In this document: piece by piece, positions 31,088-39,597 of the stretch
Layout of the letters: each line of letters starts with the position of its first letter
How positions within the stretch are numbered: the first letter of the stretch is position 1
Origin: Stella sp.
GTDB taxonomy: Bacteria; Pseudomonadota; Alphaproteobacteria; ATCC43930; Allostellaceae
Direction of reading: 5' to 3'
Assembly (NCBI RefSeq): GCF_041913585.1
Contig: NZ_JAYSFE010000001.1
Span: 67,033 to 131,032 of the forward strand
DNA: 64,000 nt
The notes under the pieces: model-generated
The model's database searches: none
The model's input: the letters and a program-made list of their open reading frames with translations, nothing else
What the model was told of the DNA's origin: nothing
Program-made: the position numbers and the translations under genes

Positions 31088-31579
31088 CTATGTATGCCCT
31101 TCCCGGCGGCGGAACAACCCGTCCGCCAACAACGCGACGACCCCGACGAATATGCCCGCATCGGCGACGTTGAAGGCGGGCCAGTGATACCCGGCGGCGT
31201 GGAAATCGAGAAAGTCGAAGACCGCGCCGAAGCGCACGCGGTCGACGACGTTGCCGATGGCGCCGCCGATGACGCAGCCGAGGCCGAGCGCCACCAGCCG
31301 GTCCGGCGTGCGGAAGAGCCAGACGGCGAGCGCCATCGAGACGACGACGGCCAGCCCGGCCAGCGCCCAGCGCACCATGTCGTCATGGCCGGCGAACATG
31401 CCGAAGCTGACGCCGCGGTTCCAGACGACGACGAGGTTGAGGAAGTCGGTCAGCGGCACGAACCGGCCGCGACCGAGCGGCCCCTCGACCTGGAGGAAGC
31501 CGAGCATCCAGTGCTTGCTCGCCTGGTCGGCGGCCAGGATCGCGGCCGCGACGGCAAGGCCGGCGCCGGCCCGGCTCAT
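31088..31579 (-). CDS. lspA: Lipoprotein signal peptidase II
   Basis: DQASK, WNRGVSFG, GGAIGNVVDR, VFDFL, PAFNVAD. Confidence 0.97.
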   Translation of the reverse strand: MSRAGAGLAVAAAILAADQASKHWMLGFLQVEGPLGRGRFVPLTDFLNLVVVWNRGVSFGMFAGHDDMVRWALAGLAVVVSMALAVWLFRTPDRLVALGLGCVIGGAIGNVVDRVRFGAVFDFLDFHAAGYHWPAFNVADAGIFVGVVALLADGLFRRREGHT

Positions 31580-34455
31580 GCCGCCCGGCCCGCGGCCGGG
31601 CCATCCGCGACCGGGCCATCCGCGGCCGGGCCATCCGCGACCGCGTCGGCGCAGCGGGCGCAGAGGTCGTCATGGCCCGGCACCTGCCCGACCTCGGGCA
31701 GGATGCGCCAGCAGCGCTGGCACTTGCCGCCTTCGGCCAGCCGCGGCACGACGCCGACGCCCGGCACATCGTCCAGGCGGAAGGCCTCCGCCAGGGGTTC
31801 GCCCGAGACGATCTCGGCCGTGGAGGTGATGGCGATCTCGGCCAGCGACAGGCCGGCGAAGGCCGCGACCTGCTCGGGCGCGGCCTGCACCAGCGGGGCC
31901 GCCTGCAGGCTGGCACCGATCCGGCGCTGCGCCCGCTCCAGCTCGAGCGCGCCGGTGACGACGCGGCGCACATCCCGCACCGTCTGCCACTTCGCCGCCA
32001 GCGCCTCGTCGATCCATTCCGCGGGGATGTCCGGGAAGACGCGCAGATGCACGCTCGTCTCCGGCCCTTCGCCATGCCGGGCGAGCCAGGCCTCCTCGGC
32101 GGTGAAGCAGAGGATCGGGGCGAGCCACGCCGTCAGGCAGTCGAAGAGGCGGTCCATCACCGTGCGGCAGGCCCGCCGCCGCAGCGCATCCGGCCGGTCG
32201 CAGTAGAGCGAATCCTTGCGGATGTCGAAGTAGAAGGCCGACAGATCGACGGCGCAGAAATTGTGCAGGGTGGTGAAGATCGTGTGGAACTCGAAGTCGG
32301 CGCAGGCCTGACGGACGGTGCGGTCGGTCTCGGCCAGGCGGTGCAGCACCCAGCGCTCCAGCTCCGGCATCTCGGACGGCGCCACCACCTCGTCGGGGCC
32401 GAAGCCGTCGAGCGCGCCCAGCAGGTAGCGCAGCGTGTTGCGCAGCCGCCGGTACATCTCCGACTGGTGCTTCAGGATCTCCTTGCCGATGCGGAGGTCC
32501 TCGGAATAGTCGGCGCTGACCACCCACAGGCGCAGGATGTCGGCGCCGTACTCGTCGATCACCGTCTGCGGGGCGGTGACGTTGCCGAGCGACTTCGACA
32601 TCTTGCGGCCCTGCTCGTCCATGACGAAGCCGTGCGTCAGCACCGCCTCGTAGGGCGCGCGGCCGCGGGTGCCGCAGGATTCGAGCAGCGAGGAATGGAA
32701 CCAGCCGCGATGCTGGTCCGAGCCTTCGAGGTAGAGCGAGGCCGGCCAGGCCAGCTCGGGCCGCTGCTCCAGCACGAAGGCGTGGGTCGAGCCCGAGTCG
32801 AACCAGACGTCGACCACGTCCTTGACCTGCTCGTAGTCGGCGGCCTTGCGGCCGTTGCCGAGGAACCGCTCGGGCGGGCTCGTGTACCAGGCGTCCGCGC
32901 CCTCGGCCTCGAAGGCGGCGGCGATGCGGTCGACGACCGCCTGGTCGCGCAGCAGCTCGCCCGTCTTCTTCTCGACGAAGACCGCGATCGGCACGCCCCA
33001 GGCGCGCTGGCGCGAGATGCACCAGTCCGGCCGGGTCTCGATCATGCTGCGCAGGCGGTTCTGCCCCTGCGGCGGCACGAAGCGGGTCTCGTCGATGGCG
33101 GCGAGTGCCGTCTCCCGGAGGCCGTTGGTGGTCATCGAGATGAACCATTGCGGCGTGTTGCGGAAGATGAGCGGCGCCTTCGACCGCCACGAATGCGGGT
33201 AGGAGTGCAGGAGCGTGCCGCGGCCGAGCAGCGCGCCGGCTGCCGCCATCGCGGCGATCACGCTGTCGTCCGCATCGCCCTTCTTGCCGTAGGGCGTCAG
33301 CACCCGGCGGCCGGCGAAGAGCGGCACCTCGGGATAGTAGGAGCCGTCCTCGGACACCGTCTGCGGCGCCGTCACGCCATGCGCGAGGCAGAGCTCGTAG
33401 TCGTCGGCGCCGTGGCCGGGCGCGAGGTGGACGATGCCGGTGCCCTGGTCGGTGGTGACGAAGTCGCCCGCCAGCATCGGCACCGCGAAGTCGTAGCCCT
33501 GGCCGGCCAGCGGGTGGCGGCAGACGGTTCCGGCCAGCGCCGTTCCGGGCAGGGTGGCGAGCACGCGATGGCCGGTAATCCCGGTCTCGGCCGCGACCGC
33601 GGCGACCAGCGCTTCCGCCAGGACGAGGCGCTCGCCGGCCCGCGCGAGGCTGCCGTCGGCGACCTCGGTCACCTCGACCACGACATAGGGGATCTCGGCC
33701 CCGTAGGCGGTGGCGCGGTTGCCGGGCAGCGTCCAGGGCGTGGTCGTCCAGATGACGACGCTGGCACCCGCCAGCTCGGGCAGGTCGGACTGCGCGACCG
33801 GGAAGCGGATGAAGACGGTGTTCGAGGTGTGGTCGTGGTACTCGACCTCGGCCTCGGCCAGCGCGGTCTTCTCGACCACCGACCACAGCACGGGCTTGGA
33901 ACCGCGGAAGAGGCCGCCATTCATCAGGAAGCGGCCGATCTCGCGCACGATCTGCGCCTCGGCCGGGTAGGCCATGGTCGTGTAGGGGCGGTCCCAGTCG
34001 CCCTCGACGCCGAGGCGGCGGAATTCCTCCTTCTGCACGCCGATCCAGTGCTCGGCGAACTCGCGGCACTCGCGGCGGAACTCGTCGATCGGCACCGCGT
34101 CCTTGTCCTGGCCGGCGGCGCGGTACTTCTCCTCGATCTTCCACTCGATCGGCAGGCCGTGGCAGTCCCAGCCGGGGACGTAGTTGGCGTCCTTGCCCAG
34201 CATCTGCTGCGAACGGTTGATCACGTCCTTCAGGATCTTGTTGAGGGCGTGGCCGATGTGCAGGTTGCCGTTGGCGTAGGGCGGGCCGTCGTGCAGGACG
34301 AACTTCTCGCGTCCCGCAGAGGTCCGGCGCAGCTGCCCGAACAGGTCGATGTCCGACCAGCGCTGCAGCAGCTTCGGCTCAAGCTGCGGCAGGCCGGCCC
34401 GCATGGGGAAGCCGGTCTGCGGCAGGAACACGGTCGCCTTGTAGTCCTTCGCCAT
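31576..34455 (-). CDS. ileS: Isoleucine--tRNA ligase (bacterial type 1)
   Basis: LHDGPPYANG.LHIGH, WCISRQR, EGSDQHRGWF, KMSKS, C-terminal CQRCW..LCARC zinc finger. Confidence 0.99.
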   Translation of the reverse strand: MAKDYKATVFLPQTGFPMRAGLPQLEPKLLQRWSDIDLFGQLRRTSAGREKFVLHDGPPYANGNLHIGHALNKILKDVINRSQQMLGKDANYVPGWDCHGLPIEWKIEEKYRAAGQDKDAVPIDEFRRECREFAEHWIGVQKEEFRRLGVEGDWDRPYTTMAYPAEAQIVREIGRFLMNGGLFRGSKPVLWSVVEKTALAEAEVEYHDHTSNTVFIRFPVAQSDLPELAGASVVIWTTTPWTLPGNRATAYGAEIPYVVVEVTEVADGSLARAGERLVLAEALVAAVAAETGITGHRVLATLPGTALAGTVCRHPLAGQGYDFAVPMLAGDFVTTDQGTGIVHLAPGHGADDYELCLAHGVTAPQTVSEDGSYYPEVPLFAGRRVLTPYGKKGDADDSVIAAMAAAGALLGRGTLLHSYPHSWRSKAPLIFRNTPQWFISMTTNGLRETALAAIDETRFVPPQGQNRLRSMIETRPDWCISRQRAWGVPIAVFVEKKTGELLRDQAVVDRIAAAFEAEGADAWYTSPPERFLGNGRKAADYEQVKDVVDVWFDSGSTHAFVLEQRPELAWPASLYLEGSDQHRGWFHSSLLESCGTRGRAPYEAVLTHGFVMDEQGRKMSKSLGNVTAPQTVIDEYGADILRLWVVSADYSEDLRIGKEILKHQSEMYRRLRNTLRYLLGALDGFGPDEVVAPSEMPELERWVLHRLAETDRTVRQACADFEFHTIFTTLHNFCAVDLSAFYFDIRKDSLYCDRPDALRRRACRTVMDRLFDCLTAWLAPILCFTAEEAWLARHGEGPETSVHLRVFPDIPAEWIDEALAAKWQTVRDVRRVVTGALELERAQRRIGASLQAAPLVQAAPEQVAAFAGLSLAEIAITSTAEIVSGEPLAEAFRLDDVPGVGVVPRLAEGGKCQRCWRILPEVGQVPGHDDLCARCADAVADGPAADGPVADGPAAGRAA
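31590..31640. repeat. 15-bp x3 tandem repeat in ileS 3' end (DGPAA/DGPVA)
   Basis: CCGGGCCATCCGCG(A/G) at 31596, 31611, 31626. Confidence 0.95.
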
Positions 34456-34492
34456 CTTCGTCCTCGTCGCGTGGCCCTAGTCCGGGGCCGGG

Positions 34493-35437
34493 TCAAATGG
34501 TGGCGGCAGGTGCCGCGAGGAGCGCCCGGGCGTGGGCCGCGTCCTCGGCGATCTGGGCCGTGAGGGCGGCCAAACCATCAAATTTGCGCTCGCCGCGCAA
34601 GTATTCGCGCAACGCGACGCGCAGGTGCCGGCCATAGAGGTCGCCCGACCAGTCGAAGAGATGCACCTCCAGCCACAGCGACGTGCCGTCGATGGTCGGC
34701 CGGCGGCCGAAATTGGCGACCCCCTTCCAGACGGCGGCGCCCGGCTCGTCGAGCCGCGCCTCGACCGCATAGACCCCGACGGCCGGCCGCAGGCATTCGC
34801 CGAGCGCGATGTTGGCGGTGGGGAAGCCGATCGTCCGGCCCAGCCGCCGGCCGGGCTCGACCCGGCCCTCGATCTCCCAGGGGCGGCCCAGCAGCCGGGC
34901 CGCGTCCGCCGGCCGCCCGTCGGCGAGCAGCCGGCGGATGCGGCTCGACGAGACGACGGCGCCGTCGATCGAAACCGGCTCGGCCATGGTGACCCCGAAG
35001 CCGAGCGCCGCTCCGCGCTCGGCGAGCAGCGCCATGCTGCCGCCGCGGTCGTGTCCGAACGCGAAGTCGGCGCCGGCCACCACATGCCGCACCCCGAAGC
35101 CCCCGACCAGGACGTCGGCGACGAAGGTGTCGGCCGGCAGCCGGCTGAAGGCGCGGTCGAAGGGCAGCGCGTAGAGGACGTCGAGGCCCATCTCCTCCAT
35201 GAGGCGGGCCTTGATGCGGAAGGGGGTCAGGCGGAAGGGCGGATCGCCGGGGCGGAAGAGCTGGCGCGGATGCGGCTCGAAGGTGAGGACGCCGGCCGGC
35301 GCCCGCAGCGACCGGGCGATCCGCGCTGCGGTCTCGATCACCGCCCGGTGGCCGCGATGGACGCCGTCGAAATTGCCGAGCGCCACCACCGCGCCCACCC
35401 GCGCCGCCCGCTCGTCCCAATGCCGGATGATGCGCAT
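34493..35437 (-). CDS. ribF: Bifunctional riboflavin kinase/FAD synthetase
   Basis: GNFDGVHRGH, TFEPHP, GADFAFG, SSSRIR, GRTIGFPTAN, EVHLFD, LRGERKF. Confidence 0.97.
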   Translation of the reverse strand: MRIIRHWDERAARVGAVVALGNFDGVHRGHRAVIETAARIARSLRAPAGVLTFEPHPRQLFRPGDPPFRLTPFRIKARLMEEMGLDVLYALPFDRAFSRLPADTFVADVLVGGFGVRHVVAGADFAFGHDRGGSMALLAERGAALGFGVTMAEPVSIDGAVVSSSRIRRLLADGRPADAARLLGRPWEIEGRVEPGRRLGRTIGFPTANIALGECLRPAVGVYAVEARLDEPGAAVWKGVANFGRRPTIDGTSLWLEVHLFDWSGDLYGRHLRVALREYLRGERKFDGLAALTAQIAEDAAHARALLAAPAATI

Positions 35438-35481
35438 GCCGTCCTCGTCGCGGAGCCGGATCCGGCCGGGTTCCGGGGGCC

Positions 35482-35934
35482 TCAGGCCGGGCGCGACGGC
35501 ACCATCAGGATGGCGTCGCCGTCGACCACCACCCGCTCGCCGACCCGGCAGGTCGCCTGCATGACGACGCGTTTGCGCGCCGGGTCGATCTCGGCCACGG
35601 TCACCCTCGTGTCGACCGTGTCGCCCGCCCGTACCGGCGCCTTGAAGCGCAGGTTCTGGGTGACGTAGACGGCGCCCGGCCCGGGCAGCATCGTGCCGAA
35701 CACGGCCGAGATCAGGCTGGCGGTCAGGATGCCGTGGGCGATGCGGCCGCGGAACATCGTCCCCTGGGCATAGGCCTCGTTCAGGTGCAAGGGATTGGTG
35801 TCGCCGGAGACGCCGGCGAACAGCAGGATGTCGGCTTCCGTCACCGTCCGCTGGATGCGGGCGGACATGCCGACATGCAGGTCCTCCAGGAAGAAGCCCA
35901 CCAGATTGTCGAGGCGTGGGGAAACCGGTTCCAT
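35482..35934 (-). CDS. MaoC-family (R)-specific enoyl-CoA hydratase (PhaJ-like)
   Basis: FAGVSGDTNPLHL (D-x4-H), IAHGIL, FKAPVRAGD. Confidence 0.9.
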   Translation of the reverse strand: MEPVSPRLDNLVGFFLEDLHVGMSARIQRTVTEADILLFAGVSGDTNPLHLNEAYAQGTMFRGRIAHGILTASLISAVFGTMLPGPGAVYVTQNLRFKAPVRAGDTVDTRVTVAEIDPARKRVVMQATCRVGERVVVDGDAILMVPSRPA

Positions 35935-35974
35935 CGATCGCCGTCCAATGTCCCAGGGCGCGAAGCGGCCGTCT

Positions 35975-35986
35975 TTGTGCGGCGCA
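35975..35986 (-). promoter_or_regulatory. Candidate PhaR/AniA binding box upstream of maoC
   Basis: TGCGCCGCACAA matches recalled consensus TGCRNYGCASMA 12/12, about 40 nt upstream of the ATG. Confidence 0.6.
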
Positions 35987-35997
35987 AAACCGGGGGG

Positions 35998-36915
35998 TTA
36001 TAGAAGCGGCGGCCCGATGCGGCAAGGACGAGCGGGCGCCGTGGCGGCGGTGCGGGCGGCGGTGACCAGCCAGGCGCGGAAGGCGGCGAAGGCGGCATCG
36101 CCATCGACGCCCGGGCGGTGCAGCAGATACCAGTGGCGGCCCATCGGCAGGCTGAGCGCGAACGGCGCCACCAGCCGCCCGGCCGCGAGGTCGTCGTCGA
36201 CATAGGGGCGGATGCCCATGGCGACCCCGACCCCGTCAGCGGCCGCCTGCAGCGCCTGGCCGTAATATTCGAACTCGGGGCCGCGGGCCTGGAGGCGGGG
36301 CAGGCCCGCCGCCGCCAGCCACAGCGACCAGTCGTCGGGCGCATGGGCGACGCGCAGCAGGTTGCCGCCTGCAAGGTCGTGCGGGCCGGCGAGCCCGGCG
36401 GCCAGCGCCGGGGCGCAGACCGGCATCAGGTCGGCCGCGAAGAGCGGCTCGGCCACAAGGCCGGGCCATGCGCCGTCGCCGAGCGCGATGCCGCAGGTCC
36501 AGCCGTCGGCGAAGGGCACCGCCCGGCCGCCGGTCGCGAAGCGGACCTCGATGTCGGGCTCCAGGCGGCGGAATTCGGCGAGGCGCGGGATCAGCCAGCG
36601 CATCGCGAATGTCGGGCCGACCCCGATGGTCAGGGCCCGCGGCGCCCCGCCCGCGACCACCTCCGCCGTCAACGCGGCCAGCGAATCGAGAAGCGGCGTC
36701 AGCCCCGCTTGGTAGGTCCGTCCCGCGGCGGTCGCGGCCAGCCGGTTCGCGCGGCGCTCGAACAGGCGGGTGCCGAGCCGGGCCTCCAGCAGATGCACGA
36801 GCCGGCTGACCGCCGCCGCCGAGACGTGCAGCTCGGCCGCCGCGGCGGCGAAGCTTCCGGTGCGGGCGGCCGCCTCGAAGGCCTTGATGCCGTTGAGCGG
36901 GGGCAGGCGACGCAT
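35998..36915 (-). CDS. LysR-family regulator (GcvA/AmpR-like)
   Basis: LPPLNGIKAFEAAARTGSFAAAAAEL, LFERRAN, RWLIPRL. Confidence 0.95.
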   Translation of the reverse strand: MRRLPPLNGIKAFEAAARTGSFAAAAAELHVSAAAVSRLVHLLEARLGTRLFERRANRLAATAAGRTYQAGLTPLLDSLAALTAEVVAGGAPRALTIGVGPTFAMRWLIPRLAEFRRLEPDIEVRFATGGRAVPFADGWTCGIALGDGAWPGLVAEPLFAADLMPVCAPALAAGLAGPHDLAGGNLLRVAHAPDDWSLWLAAAGLPRLQARGPEFEYYGQALQAAADGVGVAMGIRPYVDDDLAAGRLVAPFALSLPMGRHWYLLHRPGVDGDAAFAAFRAWLVTAARTAATAPARPCRIGPPLL

Positions 36916-36927
36916 CGGCCTCCACCA

Positions 36928-36940
36928 TCAGGAAAGCTGA
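36928..36940. promoter_or_regulatory. LTTR recognition site (T-N11-A)
   Basis: TCAG-GAAAG-CTGA dyad in the divergent LysR/TSUP intergenic region. Confidence 0.7.
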
Positions 36941-37015
36941 GGGCGAGGCCAAGATAACTCGGTTTGCGCCGCCGCGTCAGGCGGTCGATAGCTGAAGCGG
37001 CCGGGAGGGCCGCCG

Positions 37016-37765
37016 ATGACGCCGTTGCTGATGGTTCTGCTCTGCTTCGTGATGGTGGCGACGGCATTCCTGTCCGGCCTCTTCGGCATGGCGGGCGGCA
37101 TGATCCTGATCGGCGTGCTGCTGGCGCTGCTGCCGGTGCCGGCGGCGATGGTGCTGCATGCGGTCACGCAGATGGCGTCGAACGGCTGGCGCGGCTGGCT
37201 GTGGCGCCGCCATGTCTACTGGCGGCCGGTCGCGGCCTACGCCGTGGGCGCGGTCGCCGCCCTCGTCGTCTGGTCGATCTGGCAGTACGTGCCGAGCAAG
37301 CCCGTCGCCTTCATCTTCCTCGGGCTGACGCCGTTCCTGCTGCGGCTGGCGCCGGCGGGCCTCGCCCCCGATCCCGACAGCCCGGCCCAGGGGGTGCTCT
37401 ACGGGCTCGTCTGCATGTCGCTGATGCTGCTGACCGGCGTCTCGGGCCCGCTGATCGACAGCTTCTTCCTCGGCGGCCGGCTCGACCGGCGCCAGATCGT
37501 GGCGAGCAAGGCCGTCTGCCAGATCCTGAGCCACGGGCTGAAGTTCGCCTATTTCGGCGGCATGGTGGGCGAGGCCGGCACGCTCGATCCGGGGCTGGCG
37601 GTCGCCGCCATCCTCTGCTCGATGCTGGGCACCACCCTCGCCAAGCGCTACCTGGAGGGCATGAGCGACGCGCAGTACCGCCGCTGGGCCGGCCGGATCG
37701 TCGCCGCCATCGCCGGCTGGTTCCTGGTGCACGGCTCCTGGCTGTTGCTGACGACGCCCGCCTAG
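37016..37765 (+). CDS. TSUP (TauE/SafE) family membrane protein
   Basis: SGLFGMAGGMIL, HAVTQMASNG, GVSGP, SHGLKFAYF; multiple TM segments. Confidence 0.88.
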   Translation: MTPLLMVLLCFVMVATAFLSGLFGMAGGMILIGVLLALLPVPAAMVLHAVTQMASNGWRGWLWRRHVYWRPVAAYAVGAVAALVVWSIWQYVPSKPVAFIFLGLTPFLLRLAPAGLAPDPDSPAQGVLYGLVCMSLMLLTGVSGPLIDSFFLGGRLDRRQIVASKAVCQILSHGLKFAYFGGMVGEAGTLDPGLAVAAILCSMLGTTLAKRYLEGMSDAQYRRWAGRIVAAIAGWFLVHGSWLLLTTPA

Positions 37766-37787
37766 GGCGGAATACCGGAGGGAGGAC

Positions 37788-38033
37788 ATGGCCGTGGCAG
37801 ATCCGATCGACCCCCTCGTGCTCGACCTCGTCGCCTGGGTCGCCGCCGGACCCAGATCCTACGAGGACGTGATCGACGCCTGGCGGACCTCATGCCCGCG
37901 CCTGACCGTGTGGGAGGAGGCGGTCGACCGCGGCCTCGTGGAACGCCGCCCCGTCGCCGGAGCCGGCGCCGTCGTGGCCGCGACCGAACTCGGCCGGCGC
38001 CGGCTCGCCGAGGCGGGCCGCGTCGCCGGCTGA
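37788..38033 (+). CDS. Conserved hypothetical small protein (WRTSCPRL motif)
   Basis: GGAGG RBS; LVLDLVAWV..GPRSYEDVIDAWRTSCPRLTVWEEA. Confidence 0.75.
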   Translation: MAVADPIDPLVLDLVAWVAAGPRSYEDVIDAWRTSCPRLTVWEEAVDRGLVERRPVAGAGAVVAATELGRRRLAEAGRVAG

Positions 38034-38043
38034 GGGCCGCCCG

Positions 38044-39486
38044 TCAGGAGGGCGGCAGGACCGGGCCGGGCCGCGGGTCGATCGGCACCCGCGACGCCAG
38101 GCCCAGCGCCTCCTCGAGAAGCGCCGCCGCCGACAGCAGGCCGGCTTCGCCGTTGGCGCGCGCCACCATCTGCAGCCCGACCGGGCGGCCGTCGGCGAGA
38201 AAGCCCGCCGGCAGGGACAGGGAGGCGCAGCGCGTCAGCGTCACCGCATAGGTCATCGACAGCCAGTCGATGTAGTTGTCGAACTCGACTTGGCCGACCT
38301 TGCGCACGGAGATCGTGTCGACGTCGAAGGGCGGCACGATCACCGCCGGCGTCAGCAGCAGGTCGTAGGTCCGGAAGAACCGGCCGACCCGCTGCAGTAA
38401 CGCCGAGCGCGCCCGCACCGCGCGGCCGATGGTGTCGGCATCGAGCGCCATGCCCTTCTCGATGTTCCAGATGACGTCGGGCTTCAACTGGTCGCGGCGG
38501 GTGCGCAGGAGCTCCGCCTTGTCGACGACGAAGAAGGCGGCGCGCAGCGTCTGGAAGATCTCGCGCGCGTCCGAGAGGTCGGGCGCCGCCCGGTCGACCG
38601 GGATGCCCATGGCCTCGAAGCGGCGGGCGGCCTGCTCGGCCACCGCCGCCACTTCGGGATGCACCGGCAGGAAGCCGAGGTCGGGCGAGTAGGCGACGCG
38701 GGCCGGCCGCACCGGATTGCGCACCGCGTCCTGGAAGGGCCTGGCCGGCAGCGGCAGCGACATCGGGTCCTCCGCCGCCTCGCCCGCCATCGCGTCCAGC
38801 ATCAGGGCGACGTCGGCGACGTTGCGCGCCATCGGCCCCTCGATCGCCAGATCGTCGGCCTGGTTGGCGTTCGGCCCGCGGGCGACCCGGCCCGGCGAGG
38901 GCCGCATGCCGACGACCCCGCAGAAGCTGGCCGGGATGCGCAGGCTGCCGCCCAGGTCCGAGCCGCTGGCGAGCCAGACCTCGCCCGTCGCCAGCGCCAC
39001 CGCCGAGCCGCCCGACGAGCCGCCGCAGGTCAGGCTGGTGTTCCAGGGATTGCGGGTCTTGCCGAAGACCGGGTTGAAGGTGTTGGCGCCGGCGCCGAAC
39101 TCCGGGGTGTTGGACTTGGCGAGGACGACGGCGCCCCTGCGCTCCAGCGTCTCGACGACGATGTCGGAGCGGTCGGGCACATGGTCGGCGAAGATCGGCG
39201 AGCCCTGGGTCGAGCGCACGCCACGGACCGGCAGCAGGTCCTTGATCGCCACCGGCAGCCCGGCGAGCCAGCCCGGCGAATCCGCGTCGCCGCCGCGGCG
39301 CGCCAACTCGACCGCCGCCGCCCGCGCCCGCTCCGGACAGCGGGTCGGCAGGGCGTTGACCGCCGGCTCGACCTCGTCCATCCGCGCCAGCGCGGCATCG
39401 ATCAGGTCGGCGGGCTGGAGCTCGCGCGACTTCAGGCGCCGCACCGCCTCGACGGCGGTCATGCGGGTCAGTTCGGAAAGGGGCAT
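38044..39486 (-). CDS. Amidase signature family protein
   Basis: GLPVAIKD, KSNTPEFG, GGSSGGSAVA, GSDLGGSLRIPASFCG. Confidence 0.95.
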   Translation of the reverse strand: MPLSELTRMTAVEAVRRLKSRELQPADLIDAALARMDEVEPAVNALPTRCPERARAAAVELARRGGDADSPGWLAGLPVAIKDLLPVRGVRSTQGSPIFADHVPDRSDIVVETLERRGAVVLAKSNTPEFGAGANTFNPVFGKTRNPWNTSLTCGGSSGGSAVALATGEVWLASGSDLGGSLRIPASFCGVVGMRPSPGRVARGPNANQADDLAIEGPMARNVADVALMLDAMAGEAAEDPMSLPLPARPFQDAVRNPVRPARVAYSPDLGFLPVHPEVAAVAEQAARRFEAMGIPVDRAAPDLSDAREIFQTLRAAFFVVDKAELLRTRRDQLKPDVIWNIEKGMALDADTIGRAVRARSALLQRVGRFFRTYDLLLTPAVIVPPFDVDTISVRKVGQVEFDNYIDWLSMTYAVTLTRCASLSLPAGFLADGRPVGLQMVARANGEAGLLSAAALLEEALGLASRVPIDPRPGPVLPPS

Positions 39487-39597
39487 CGGACGGCGCTCCG
39501 GCAGGCGGGTGGGACGGGCAGTCGAGCAGCGCCCCGGGCGGCCGTCAACTGCCGGGCCGCGTTGCCGGTCTGCCCCGGCCTGTGCCACAGAGGCGCC

